A DNA stretch of 38,687 bases, the filler included, from Sminthopsis crassicaudata (Eukaryota), in the NCBI RefSeq assembly GCF_048593235.1. It is 2 parts of 2 records of this genome, joined end to end, with 100 filler letters (N's around TTAATTAATTAA, not from the genome) between each part and the next. Parts side by side here need not be neighbours in the genome. Positions count along the whole stretch, not along the records: positions 1 to 25,839 come from NC_133620.1; 1 more part is not named here. The stretch is one strand, 5' to 3'. Positions within the stretch are counted from its first letter, which is position 1, and every line of letters starts with the position of its first letter. Under the pieces are notes generated by a model. That model was not told where the DNA came from, did not search any database, and saw nothing but the letters and a program-made list of their open reading frames with translations. A program made the position numbers and the translations under genes. This document shows, piece after piece, positions 9,997 to 22,828 of the stretch.

Positions 9997-11901
9997 AATT
10001 AGAAGAACAAAAAGTCTTTCAGGAAGATGGAGGAATTTTAACTGGGACTTAAAGGAAGCCAAGGAAGCCGGTAGGCAGAGTGAAAGGGTGGAACAGGGGA
10101 TGGCAAGAGAGAATGCCAGAAATGGACCTTTCTATTCAGGGAATAGCAAGGAGGCCGGTGTTATTAGAAGAACATTTGTGTGAGCATGTTTGTAGACAGA
10201 TAGGTATAGATATAAACATATCCATACACACATGTACACATATACAAATATATACATACATATTCATGTGCCCATATAGACAAACTCAGTTCCACGTGTG
10301 TATGAAATGCATCTTAAGCTTAGTGTCTAGAGAGCTAACTTGGATTCCACAACGCCTAACTTCAAGTTCTGTCTCTGTGACTCTGGGTTAATGAGAGAAA
10401 ATGTCTTTTCTGGCTCATCCCTGTACCAATGAGGTCTCAAGTACAGTCCTACAAGGGAACAGGCTAGACAGGAAGACTCATGGGCCTTCAGAACTATCCT
10501 CTCTGCCATTTTGCATATTTTGATGCCCTTTGTAAGTGCTATTTTTTTCATGTATCTGTTTTCTTCCCTGATAGAATGGTTAGTGCCTTTCTTTTTTGAC
10601 TCTGTATCCCTAGCAAAGTGTCGGGGCCAGAGATGTCGTTTAATAAAAGCTTTTTTGGTTGATTGACTGAAATTATCTAATCTTTTTTGGTTTTAATTTC
10701 TTCATCAGTAAATGAGAAGAAATTCAAGCACATAAATTCTAAATTCCCTTTCAAATCTATATTTAGAATCCTATGATCTTATGACCTATGTCCCTACTTG
10801 CTTTTTATGAGGACCTTTCTAAGTCCTTTGTGAACACTTTAGAAAGTGGGTAAAATTATTTGGAATCCTTAAGACACTAGATAAATTTCAGCTATCAATA
10901 GAAAAAGGTCTCTGACTTATTAGATTTTTATATAAGATTTGCTTATTGAATGCAAGCAGATGAGAAAGGTGAATATTTTTCAGTTTTCTTAACTCCAAAT
11001 GTGCACTAAGCATTTCAATTTTTTTATCAGTCTGAACAACGGATGCATTAAAGGTGCATATGCAGGAAAGACTGATGATGTGAGGATAATACCATCATAG
11101 ACAAGCAATGAACCAATGTCCAGCCATTTCAGTCATGTCCAATTCCCCATGGCACTTTTGGGGCTTTCTTGGCTAAGATATTAGAGTGCTTTGTCATTTC
11201 TTAGCTTATTTTGTAGATGAGCAAAAAGGGACAAATAAGCCTTCTTTTAAAAGTTGCATATTCTAAGTATATAACCCATATGAAAGACTTTGTTGGTTGT
11301 TGGTTATTCTCAAAAATGCATTGAGAGGAAGGAATAAAACAATGACATTAAGGTGGGGAGACAGAGAAAATGAAATGAGAACCCAGAGATGAAAGCCACA
11401 GTAATAGATCGCTGGTGGAGGAAGACAAGATCCCGAAGGTGAAGAAAAACCTAGGGTCTGATTAATGAAGTAATGAAAAGAAGGTCACATTATTCAAATT
11501 CACATTGCATATTTCCAATGGACTGGAACCAAATACTATACTTTGCATAATTACAACAATGACTAATGCAATTTCAAATCTTTATGAGATTCCCATATCA
11601 TCACCATTTTGCTCTGTGCAACATGAATTGTTATGGTGGTAGTGAAAGGAGAAACAGGAAGTAATTCCAATAAAGAACATCTATTTCATTTTTTTAAAAT
11701 TAACTTGTATTAATAAGAGGAAAAACCCATGGGAAGAAAAAAAAACTTTCTAATCCTTACACGCAAATATATACATAAATCCATTTTTGGTGTATTTTGT
11801 TTTGTTGATCAATTTCCCTTTCTTAATCTGTTGAATTTAGGAGAAATTCTATTATGCTGGATTCCCTCTGTTATATTCCTACTAGGGTGGACCGCCTTCT
11901 T

Positions 11902-12681
11902 TTTTATTATTATTATAGCTTTTTATTGACAGAACATATGCATGGGTAATTTTTCAACACTGTCCCTTGCAATCACTTCTGTTCTAACTTTTCCCTTCAC
12001 TCCCTCCACCCTCTCCCCAGGATGGCAGGCACTTTCATACATGTTAAACTATTAAAGTATATCTTAATTACGATGTATGTGTACACATCTGTACAGTTCT
12101 CTTGTTGCACAAGAAAAATTGGATTCAGAAGATTAAAATAACCTGGGGAAAAAACAAAAATGCAAATAGTCCACATTCATTTCCCAGTGTTCTTTCTCTG
12201 GGTGTAGTTGTTTCTGTCCATCATTGATCAATTGGAACGTCATTGGATCTTCTAATTGTCAAAGATATCCACTTCCATCAGAATACATCCTCATATACAG
12301 TATTGTTGTTGAAGTGTATAATGATCTCCTGGTTCTGCTCATCTCACTCAGCATCAGTTGATGTAAGTCTCTCCAGGCCTCTCTCTTTCATCCTATTGGT
12401 CATTTCTTATAGAACAATAATATTCCATAATATTCACATATCATAATTTACCCAGCCATTCTCCAATTGTTGGGCATACATTCAGTTTCCAGTTTCTTGC
12501 CACTACAAAGAGGGCTGCCACAAACATTTCTGCACATGTGGGTCCCTTTCCCCTTTTTTTATGATGTCTTTGGGATATAAGCTCAGAGAAACACTGCTGG
12601 ATCAAAGAGTAAGCACAGTTTGATAACTTTTTGAGCATGGTTATATATTGGTCTCCAGAATGGTTGGATCCATTCACAACT
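11902..12681 (-). mobile_element. 5'-truncated older L1 (ORF2 end and 3'UTR) with 16-bp TSD
   Basis: Homologous to the 3' end of the full-length L1, with a poly(T) tail at left. TSD GGTGGACC(G/A)CCTTCTT at 11886-11901 and 12682-12697. Confidence 0.9.
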
Positions 12682-13729
12682 GGTGGACCACCTTCTTATA
12701 AGATCTTTCCTGGAATAGACCTCCACTTGCTTTTATAATTTCTTTGGATAACTTTAAATGTTCTTCTCTGAGGACATGCTGTACTTATTTGCCCACTAGG
12801 CTGGCTGTAAGCTCCATGAAGGCAGAAACTGATATAATTTCCTCTTTGCATTTCCAGTGCCTAACATAATGCCAGGAACATAGCAATTGCTTATTAAATA
12901 TTTTAAATGTTATTAAACATTAAACTGAATTTTATCCACTTGAATGTAATATTCAAAAGAGAAGGGACTGGGATTCTGTAACTTTACATATACACCGTCA
13001 AACAACAGCTGTCCAGACAACACCTCAAATGGTGTGCTTATTTTGTGATTCTGATTCTGAGAGGGAATCATTCAAAGATTTTTTTCACATTCATGGTCCA
13101 ATATAAAAAATATAAGAAATGGATCTCATTTTATGATCATTTAAATTAAATAATTAATATGATTTGGAAATAACTATGTTTTTGATAATTATATAATAAT
13201 GTATATTATATATAAAAAACAAACACCTCTCAACTTATGGTGCTGATATCAATACTTTGCAAAACCTGCAGATTTAAAGTTGAGGGGTAAATTATAGCAC
13301 TAATAAAGTTAACCTGCCAGGGTCCAAAATGGCATATGCAGCAGGAGAGGAGGAAAAGCAAACAGAAACAACTCATGCTGTTATAATTACAACAATTTCA
13401 TTGGCAATTTAAAAAAATAATTCAAATTGCTGCAATTACCCCTCACAGAGAATCCAAAGGGTATGGCGTGACCTCAAACACAATCCCCCTGTGGAATTAA
13501 CCATTAACTCATCTGCCTCTGCATCAAATTCTCTCAGATTTAGGCTCAGGTGACAAATGAAATAAGAGGGAAATCAAGAGACTAGAAGAGCCAGGAACCA
13601 GTTCAAAGGTAAAGCCATACTAGGAATTATGTCTGAAGCCAGTTCCTTCCTGCAAATCTTTTGTATTCTCTTGTACAGACGTTACTAATCAACATGTACT
13701 CTCTTCATGAAGCTAAGTACTGTTAAGGT

Positions 13730-14010
13730 TTTTTTTTTTTCTCCTTTATATTGTCAGAGCTTTTTCCCCCTTTTCTTTTCTTTTCCTTTGCTTTCTTTCC
13801 TTTCCTTTTCTCTTTCTTTCTCAATCTTTTTTTTAAATATTTCTTTCTCTCAATTGTTCTTCCCTCCCTCCTTTCCTCTTTCTTCCTTCCTTTTATCATT
13901 CTTCCTTCTTTTCTTTCTTTCTTCCTTTCTTTTTTCCTTCCTTCCTTCCTTTCTTCCTTTCTTTCATTCCATTTCTTCTTTCCTCTCCATTTCTTTTTTT
14001 TCCTTTTAAT
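13730..14010. repeat. Pyrimidine-rich low-complexity tract (CTTT/CCTT)n
   Basis: Almost only C and T on the plus strand. Confidence 0.85.
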
Positions 14011-14259
14011 GAATGCAGTTGATTAGACTTAGACATAAACAATGTCATTCATTGGAAATTTGTTTAATGCTTAAATGAATTGATTAGTTTAAAAATTCCC
14101 TAAATATGCTAATATAATATAGTAGTCCATGGGCAGGGCTTTCCTTTCATTCTTTCCTCTCCATTTCTGCAGGTGTTCTGCTCAAAGGAATGTAAATGTT
14201 GATTGCTGAAACCTCACAAGAAATCTTGGGGTTCCCAGGTTACATTTCTGTCTTAAGGA

Positions 14260-14700
14260 CCATAGCTTAAACCCGACTCTCTTTGGCTCTCATTGATTGA
14301 CCCACAAAAGATCCTAGGCCAAGTCCCACTTGATTATTATTCGGCCCTGACTGACTCAGAGGGAATAGCAACAATTTCCATTTTGGCCAAAAAACATGCG
14401 GGTTCTCCCTTCCCAGAATGGTTTTCTTTATGACAGGTAAAAAGGCCATTCTTTGCCTCCATTCTTTCTTACCCAGCTTTAATCCCTGAATAGATGGTTG
14501 CTGACTCAGTTTACAAAAGCCAAAGTCTTCCATGGCATCCAGGGCCGTCTCCAGTTGTGCTCATCTATTTCTGGCCATTGGACCCAAATAGCTCTGGAGG
14601 AGAAGGTGAGCCAGGTGACCTTTTATCCAACTCACTTGCATGTCACAGCATTACCTACCTGATATCACGGCCATCTTCAAGAATGGAGGACAAATAACCA
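14260..14700 (-). mobile_element. Marsupial Mar1/WALLSI-type SINE relic
   Basis: catccagggccgtctccagttgtgc...ggacccaaatagctctggaggagaaggtgag...aactcacttgcatgtca resembles marsupial RTE-related SINEs. Family name is from recall. Confidence 0.6.
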
Positions 14701-14899
14701 CAACAGTTAGTGCCTGGTGTCTCTCTATTACTTCTATAACTTTTGGTAAGTTATTTAAAGTTGCTGGACCTCATTTTCCTTATGTGTGAAATGGGTTGGA
14801 CTGCATGCATGACCACTAGGACGCATCCTAGTTTTCTTGTTCATTTACAAAGCAGGTGCTTTATAAACATTTGAATAGAATTTAATGAAACAAGACATA

Positions 14900-15035
14900 G
14901 ATCCTAGAGCTAGATTTCAAAAAGACCTCAGAAATCCTCTAGCCCCGCCCTCACCTTTTACAAATGAGGAAGCTGAGATTCCAAAGAGATTAAATGACTT
15001 TTCCAAGGTCACACAACGTACTTATATCCAAACCC
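14900..15035 (-). mobile_element. MIR relic
   Basis: ctcacctttacaaatgaggaagctgagattccaaagagattaaatgacttttccaaggtcacaca, MIR core in reverse. Confidence 0.65.
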
Positions 15036-16207
15036 TTAAATTCAGAGTAGGAAAGTACATCAGTAGTCATCTAATCTAAATCTTCATTTGACAAATCAGG
15101 AAAGTGAGCCATACAAAGGTTGTGTTTTAGCCAAGGACCCCCAGGTATTGAGTCTCAAAGGTGGGATTGGAACCCATGTTTTGTGATTTCAGAGCCACCT
15201 ATCACCGTGGTTGCTAGCTCACTAAGGATAATTAATGGTATTTCCCCCAGATTAAGATAAACTTGGTGGCTGGGCCCTACTTCAAATGTTTTCTTGAACC
15301 CACTACCCAATCCAGCGATTAGGAGAGAGAAGGTATTTAATGAACATACATTGAGTGCTCAGTCTATCTAATTGTATACACTTGATGTAAGGACAAAGTA
15401 CAAGGTTCAGGGGTCACCTGTAGGGTTTTTCTGTCCCTGCATGGCTGCGTACCCAGGAGAAAAAAAAGTCTGCAAGGATTTCTGTGTATGCTGTATCACT
15501 GAGGAGTGAGTCTGATGTACTTTGACAGTCATTTCACTCAGCTCTGACTACAGGGTCAAAGACCATCATGTTTGAGATTAGGTCTGGATCAAGGGCTCTA
15601 TCCTCCAGCACGCTTATAACCGGGAAGTTCCAAATTATGAGATCCGATGCGAGGGCAAAATGTGTTCAACACTTCAGCAGTCACCTGGAACTCAATTGCA
15701 GTTTGTCTGGGACGGAGCCAAAGCTTTTTCTCTCCTGAGGTCAGGTCTATCCAAGCACAGTCCCGGTGGTGGGGAGAACGATGATTTGTGATCAAAAACC
15801 CAGATGATAACAGTTGAGTGAGTCTGAGATAAGTGAAAGATGACCCTGAATGCCGCAGAATCAGAGAGTAATCTTCGTACATCAAACTCGTTGTCTAATG
15901 TGCCAGGTACCAAAAGGCTTTTAACAGCCATACGGGCAGCATTTTCACCCCAGTTTTGTTCTTTCAACCTCAACTACTGCCATTAAGAGCACTTTCCAAA
16001 GAATTGCGTCATCCCATCATCATAGACTTGGAAGCTCCTTCAGTGCTTGCAGTGTCTTGGACAAACACAATTCAGAACCTGACAAAGATGCCCTGGCTTA
16101 GCCATGAATTCTCATTCCAGAAAACTTGTCTGCATCCAGCCTTTCCTTGACAGTCTCCAGGGGCATTTCTTGGGAAGTATTTTTCTCACAGCAATCTGTT
16201 GTAGATC

Positions 16208-16261
16208 TAGTATTTCTGATTCTGTCCTTAGGAGCCTGGAAAACTGGTCAAGTTTCATGCT
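16208..16261. repeat. Left arm of 54-bp inverted repeat
   Basis: Reverse complement matches 16732-16785 at 51 of 54 positions. Confidence 0.92.
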
Positions 16262-16731
16262 GCATGATTAATCCTTGAAGATTTTCAGTTCCTTCTCATT
16301 TGTCTCCAAGTCTACTTGTCTAAATTTTAGTTCCTTTAATCCATTGCCAAGTGGGATGGGCTCAATATCCCATTCCATCAGCCTCCTTCTTCAGTCAATC
16401 AATCAACAAATATTCATTCATTACTTCCCATAATGCTATGTGCTAAGGCACTGTTCTGAATGCTTCTTAAACTGTTTAACATAGTCCTTAAGAAAGAACT
16501 CTAGAGGTGGTCTGGCCAATTGTTTTAGGTTTTCTTTCTTTGCAAACTGACTAGAGATAGTTATTCCTATTATTTATTCCTATTATTTATTCGCAATTGA
16601 TTCAGTTCTCGATCCACTGAAATCTATTTTTTCTCTTGTCTCCTCTATGGAAATCTGTAAAAGGCTATTTTGATGACAATCTCTTATTTCTTTATCATAT
16701 ATCCTTAAAATTATAAAATTAAAATACATAT

Positions 16732-16785
16732 AGCATGAAACTGGACCAGTTTTCCAGGTTCCTAAGGACAGAACCAGAAATACTA
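16732..16785. repeat. Right arm of 54-bp inverted repeat
   Basis: agcatgaaactggaccagttttccaggttcctaaggacagaaccagaaatacta; 3 mismatches to the reverse complement of 16208-16261. Confidence 0.92.
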
Positions 16786-18454
16786 AAATCCTAAAAGACT
16801 AGTCCAGATAATCTCTTGATTTTTTATAATTATAATTTGGTCCTTAGAATGACAGGGAATTGCTGTGATCGGAATTGCTATTCTGGAATACAACTCACAC
16901 CAACAAAGAGAAACTGTTTGCTTAAGTGGGAATTTTGGCAATGTGCAGCTGAAGTGACTCTTTCATTTTAGAATCAATGGTAGCATCTACAAAAAATATT
17001 AGCAAAGATAGGATAAAATAGAATTAATTTTAAAATGTACTAGTTTCCTATGGAAATAATATCAGGAGTTCTAAGTCTCAAAGTGATATAAGAATAAAAA
17101 AAGATTATCTAAATAAAGAACTGATCAATAGAAATATGTATAGCATGATTTTACCCACACAAACACATACACAATTATGTCTAATAGTAGTCATCTCTAG
17201 AGTACTGGGGAGAGAATGGAAAAAAAGAAATTTACATGATAACTTGATTATATATTTAAATGGAATGGCAGGTTATACATAATGGAATTGGACTTGCACT
17301 TTCATGTGCTATAATAATCTTTTTGTTGTATTGTTGTGGAAAATCTTATTATATTCCATAAATTAAATATATAAAGACAGTAAACAAGCATCTATTTCTG
17401 ATGAGTCCTAGTCACCAGTGCCAGATGAGCAATATTCACAGGTATTAGAAGTAGTTGATATGATGAATTAAAATGACAAATTTCAGTGATTGAGAAGTGG
17501 GCAATTGGGAGAAGTGGTCGTGATTGGGCAATTGAAGAGATGTCTCAAGATCATGGAAAGCATATTGTTATATTTAAAAAAAACAAGAGAGGAGGAGAGA
17601 GAGATAAAGAGAAAAAGGGGGAAGTGAAGAGAAGAGAAAAGGGAAGGGGCAGAGGAGGAAAAGGGAATAGGGAAAGGTAGTGATCAATGAAATATGCTGA
17701 GTACAGGTCGTTGATTTTGACTTCAAGTTCTTTTCAAATATATTTCCAAAGACATGACTAGTGAATATCAACCGAAGTATACAAATGATCAAATGAGTCA
17801 ACATGTCTTCATGAGAAAAGGATCATCTGGGTGTAACCTCGATTCCTTTTTGATAGGCTGGATAATCACATGTAGGCAATTATAGAAATACATATTATAG
17901 ATCCTTGGTCAAGTCGCAGCTGATAATCATCACTACAGAGTCCTAGAATCTGAGAGGTTCATGTTCAAACCTCAACAAACATTAGGCACCAAACTGACCA
18001 TCAAACCTTTTTCATGGTTTCTTTTTGTTCTCCAGTGAAGGGTAAGTTACCACTTTCTCTCTCAGAAGATCAATCTTCATTTTGGATAACTTCTAATAAA
18101 AAAAGATATTTTTTTTGCCATCAATTCTTGACTTACCCCTATAACTTGCATAAAGTCCTTCTCTCTGAGGCAAGTCAGAAGGAGTTCAAGGTCCTCATCC
18201 ATAAAGTGCTCCTTGAAAATTGTTGTCAAAGCATTTCCCAGCCATTTCTTATCCACAATAAATGCCACTAGGTCTTTGATCTAATTGTTCTACTTGGACT
18301 TTTTCCTTTGGATAATTGTCATCTCATTGATGTTCTACCAAAAATAAACATAGTATTCTAAATATGTTCTAACCAGAGAAGGATATGAAAAATCTAGCAC
18401 CTCTATATTACTGAAACTTGTCCCTTTCTAAATACTGTGTGAACATTCTATCAT

Positions 18455-19340
18455 TGCCCTAAATCACTACTGATTAGAGAAATGCCAATCTAAATAACTC
18501 TGGGGTACCACCTCACATCTATTAGATGGGTAATGTGACAGAAAAGCAAAATGTCAAATGTTGCAGAAGATGTGGGAAAATTGGAACACTAACGCATTGC
18601 TTATGGTGTTGAGAACTGATTCTACCATTCTGGAGAGCAATATGGAACTATATCCCAAGTTCTATAGAATTATTCATACTTTTTTGCTCCACCAGTGTCA
18701 CTACTGGATCTGTATCCCAAAGAAATCCTCAAAGAGAAAGGATTCATAAGTGCAAAAAATATTTAAAATAACTTTTTTGTAGCAGCAAAGAATTGCAAAT
18801 TGGGGAGATGCCTATAGGTTGTGGAACAGAAGAACAAATTGTAGTAAATAAATATAATGAAATACTATTGTGCTATAAAAATGATAAACAGATAGATGTC
18901 AGAAAAACCTGTTGAGACTTAAATAAACTGATGCTGAGTGAAGTGAGCAGAACTAGGAGAATACTATACACAGTAAGAGTAGCATTGTGAGATGATCAAC
19001 TTTGACAGATTTAGTTCTCAACAATAAAAATGATACACGACAATTCTAAAAGATTCACGATAGAGAATGCTATCAACATACTGAGAAAGAACTATGGAGT
19101 CTGAATGCAGATTACCAGATTTTTTATCTTGTTTTTCTCGTGGTTTTCCCCTTTTGTTTTGATTCCTCTTTTACAACATGACTAATGTGGAGATATAAAA
19201 GATATTATTGTATCTAGTATCACTTACATTGGATTGTTGATTATTTGGGGGAGGGAGAAAAAAAAAGGAAAGAGAACAATTCAGAATTTAAAATGTTGGA
19301 AAAGTGAATGTTGAAAACTGTCTTTACAGGTAATTGGAAA
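18455..19340 (+). mobile_element. Old, decayed L1 3' fragment
   Basis: aaatcactactgattagagaaatgccaat...gagcaatatggaactat...ctgatgctgagtgaagtgagcagaac; ORF2 C-terminus and 3'UTR homology with many stops. Confidence 0.85.
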
Positions 19341-20769
19341 AAAAGAAAATACTGTTAGGTGAGGAAAGAACAAAATAAAAATGAAAGATAAAGAAAAATA
19401 AATTGTAGTTTTGACAAGTTGTCTAGATCCCTTAAAACTTAAATGACTTGCCTAGAGCTAGATCCTTTAACTCATTGAAAGCACTTGAGCCCAAGTTTTC
19501 ATGGCTGGAAACTTGCTCTTTATCCACTCTTATCACATTGTCTCACTATCTTGCAGTTCTGTACTTGATTTCATAGGGGGATGGCGAAGGGGGATGGAAA
19601 GATAATGAGTTTGCTTTTGGACTTGCTGACTTAGAGGTGACAGTGGAACATCCAAGTAAAAATGTGGCCAGTCGCTCAGAGTTGCAGAGAGCCAACTCAT
19701 TGTCAGGAACCAGCATCCCCATGACATGCTTTCTCCTCTGAATGAGAAGCGCAATTACTTAGGGACAACATCCCAAGCAGGAGCCAAATGCATCCTTTAT
19801 TTTTACGCAAAGCATGTTTATATGTAAATCACTGGGGAGAAACCAAAGCTCATTCTTTTGAAATAATCGTCCCTTAAATGCTGCCAAAAACTAATGTTTA
19901 TCTGCACATTAGCTAAAGCTGCTTAAATGGTGACTGTTTAAGAATAATCATTTTTGATGATTTATACCAAAAGTGACTCTTCGTGGAACACAGCAAGCAA
20001 ATCACGCGTGGCGTCATTGCCAGTTCTGGTTAGGATGAAGGGGAGGCCATGATTGCCAGGGACTACTTTGATGCCTTTGGGAATATGTAGGTGTGTTTCT
20101 TGTCTCTTCCCTGCTCCATTCTCCTGGTCTCTCTGGGCTCATGGCCCCTTAGGCAAGGTTAAAGATATCCCTAATGACATTCATTGAATGACAGTTGGAA
20201 GGGATCTCAGAGCTAAATCAGAATCCCTGCTGCAACAAGGCATCAGTTGCCCTTGCAAATTGCTTTTAAGGTTAAATCCACTAACTTCCAATGGACCTGC
20301 TTTGACATAGATATAATTATTAGGAGATTTTGATTTAAAATCTGGAACTCAAAAATAAATGCCAGAGGCATGGAATATCATGATGAGGGGTGGAATTCTT
20401 TCTCGTAGCTATAAGAACTCACTACATGTAATTGAAGAGAAATGGACAATCCGAGAAAAAAGTTTTTCTTTGAGTTTCTCAACTCAGGAGAGTTGAGCCT
20501 CTTCAGGGTGTCTAAAGGCCTTAATCATATAATAAACAAGACATGTTTGTATCTGTCTCTTCTCTCTCTGAATCTTTCAGTCTTGGTCTCAGTTTTTGTC
20601 TCTGTCTATCTCTTTCTTTCTATATTTAAGTCATTGTTCCAATTTGAAAGTATTTACCATTTTGGCACATGCATTTAGCTTTATGAAGATAACCATTTTA
20701 TATTGGAATAATGAAATAGTAAGTGTACAGCTTTTGCATTACATTGATAGCCTCAAAAGGTCAATGAAT

Positions 20770-20935
20770 GGGCAAGGGAAGGAAATGGACATTTACAGTG
20801 TGCCTACTATGTGCCAGGCATCTGCTTTACAAATATCATCTCATTTGATCCTGCAACATCCCTTGGAGGAAGGTGCTTTTATTATGTTCATTTTATTGTC
20901 TTCATTTTACTGTTGAGAAAACTGAAGCAAACTTA
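20770..20935 (-). mobile_element. MIR relic
   Basis: cctactatgtgccaggcatc...atctcatttgatcctgcaac...ttttactgttgagaaaactgaagcaa. Confidence 0.65.
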
Positions 20936-22149
20936 TCCACGCTTATACAATTCACCTAGGATGGGTTACTTGAGGTCTTCCCGATTCTGCATGCAATTAT
21001 CTATCCACTTTGCCATCTAATCACTCCTTAGCAGGTATATAAGTATGAGTCAGAGCCGAGATCCTTAGATTATTAAGAAAAAAGGGCCCCTTCCTAGGCG
21101 TAGAGCAGGAGTCAGGTTCTGGCCTATAATGGAACTTGCTCCTGGAAAACACTTGAGAGAAAATGAGCATTGTCCTGGATGGCTAAATGTGGGAGGTGTT
21201 GGTGAACATTTCCATGAAGAAAAGAGATGCTACTTAGTGTTGGAAAGACTCTTCACAACTGTCCTGTGTGGTCAATGGTATGAGGATAACATAAAACCCA
21301 TTCTAAAAAGGGAGCTCCTGCAGCTTAGAGATGAAATGAATTATCACCTATAATCCCACCCATGGATGGAGGCTGAACCAGAACTTCTCACATGGTCCTT
21401 GGCCTCCAACTCTCCAATCCTTCCACCAGAACACACTGACTTTGTTGAAGGAGAATGGCTAATCTATCCTTGATTCCTTCAGGATTCTGTACAGGATGAG
21501 GATTCTAAGAAGCCGGATTTTCATCATAATTTTCTAAGGCACCACTGCAACAAGCTGATTCTCCTCTACTAGATATTTTGGTTTATTTTCATATTTCAGT
21601 TCAGAAAGAGAAAGGGAGGAGAGGGATCAGGGAAAAGGGAAGAGATGTTTCAGACAAAAAGATGCAGGGAAGATAAAATAGAAAGGGGTTTACGAAGGGA
21701 TCAAGAAGAAAAATAACTGATTTAGAACTCCTCCCCAGGTATTCATTCCTACTAGTTAGTGCAGTTTTGTATTTACCCTGGACAACTAAGTGATTACACA
21801 GGATCTTTCCTGACAGAAGCGGTGCAAAGTGACTAATGATCTGGGGTCCAGAGTACAAGGCAGGCAAACGCTCCTGACCTTCTTGGGGTTCTACGAGGGC
21901 CAGGATACTTGAAAAATTGCCAGGACAAAACAAAACAAAAACCCGGGTGTTTTCTTTCCTGTCCACTTTATATGAGTGAGCTTCAACCTCACCAGCAAAG
22001 TTAGAGAAACAAAGAAAGAGGGTCCATTACTGTCTCATTATGAGAACATGATCCCAGGATTATGAATAGATCAGAACCTAATATGTAGATTTCTCAAGGA
22101 TGAACTTTGAGGGTTGATAGAAGAATAATGGGCAGATTTTATCAATTTG

Positions 22150-22745
22150 TTTGATGCTGTTCAATATTAAAATGGTTTACGTTACCTGAACTAATGCTAA
22201 ATGAAATGAGCTGAGCCAAGAGAAAACTGTACATAACAACAAAATTATGTGATGATCAATTGTAATGGACGTGGTTCTTCTCAACAATGAGGTGATTCAA
22301 GGCAATCTCAATAGACTCGTATTGGAAAAAGCCTTCCACATCTAATTGAAAGTGAATCAGAATATAGTATTGTCCCCATTTTGTCATTGTTCTTTATAAA
22401 AGTNNNNNNNNNNNNNNNNNNNNNNNNNNNNNNNNNNNNNNNNNNNNNNNNNNNNNNNNNNNNNNNNNNNNNNNNNNNNNNNNNNNNNNNNNNNNNNNNN
22501 NNNNNNNNNNNNNNNNNNNNNNNNNNNNNNNNNNNNNNNNNNNTTCCCTTTGATCTGATTTTTCTTGGGCAGCATGACAAATATGAAAATGCATGTAAAT
22601 TTTTAACCTATATAGGATTGTTTGCTGTCTTGAGAAGGAAAAACGGGAAAAAAGGAAGAAAAAACTTAGAACACAAGTTTTTTCAAAAGGGAATGTTGAC
22701 AACTCTCTTTGCATAGATTTGGAAAAATAAAATACTATTTAAAAT
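22150..22745 (+). mobile_element. Old L1 3' tail spanning an assembly gap (N 22404-22543)
   Basis: gaactaatgctaaatgaaatgagc...ttatgtgatgatcaattgtaatggac...gcatgacaaatatgaaaat, like the other L1 tails in this window. Confidence 0.75.
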
Positions 22746-22828
22746 AAAATAAAACTTTAGAATGTTTTATTCCTTGAATAAAATATGATTGGCATGAAGG
22801 TATAGTGGATAGTAAGCTGGTTTCAGAA

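Noticed and set aside
11547-13396. Exact 14-mer ATAATTACAACAAT repeated at 11547 and 13383 (homeobox plus SOX-like)
   Set aside because: A few 14-bp matches are expected by chance in 25 kb of AT-rich DNA.
21601-21966. 121-aa minus-strand ORF with possible splice sites
   Set aside because: Starts at GTG, has a low-complexity C-terminal part, phase is incompatible with the other candidates, and no homology is recognised.
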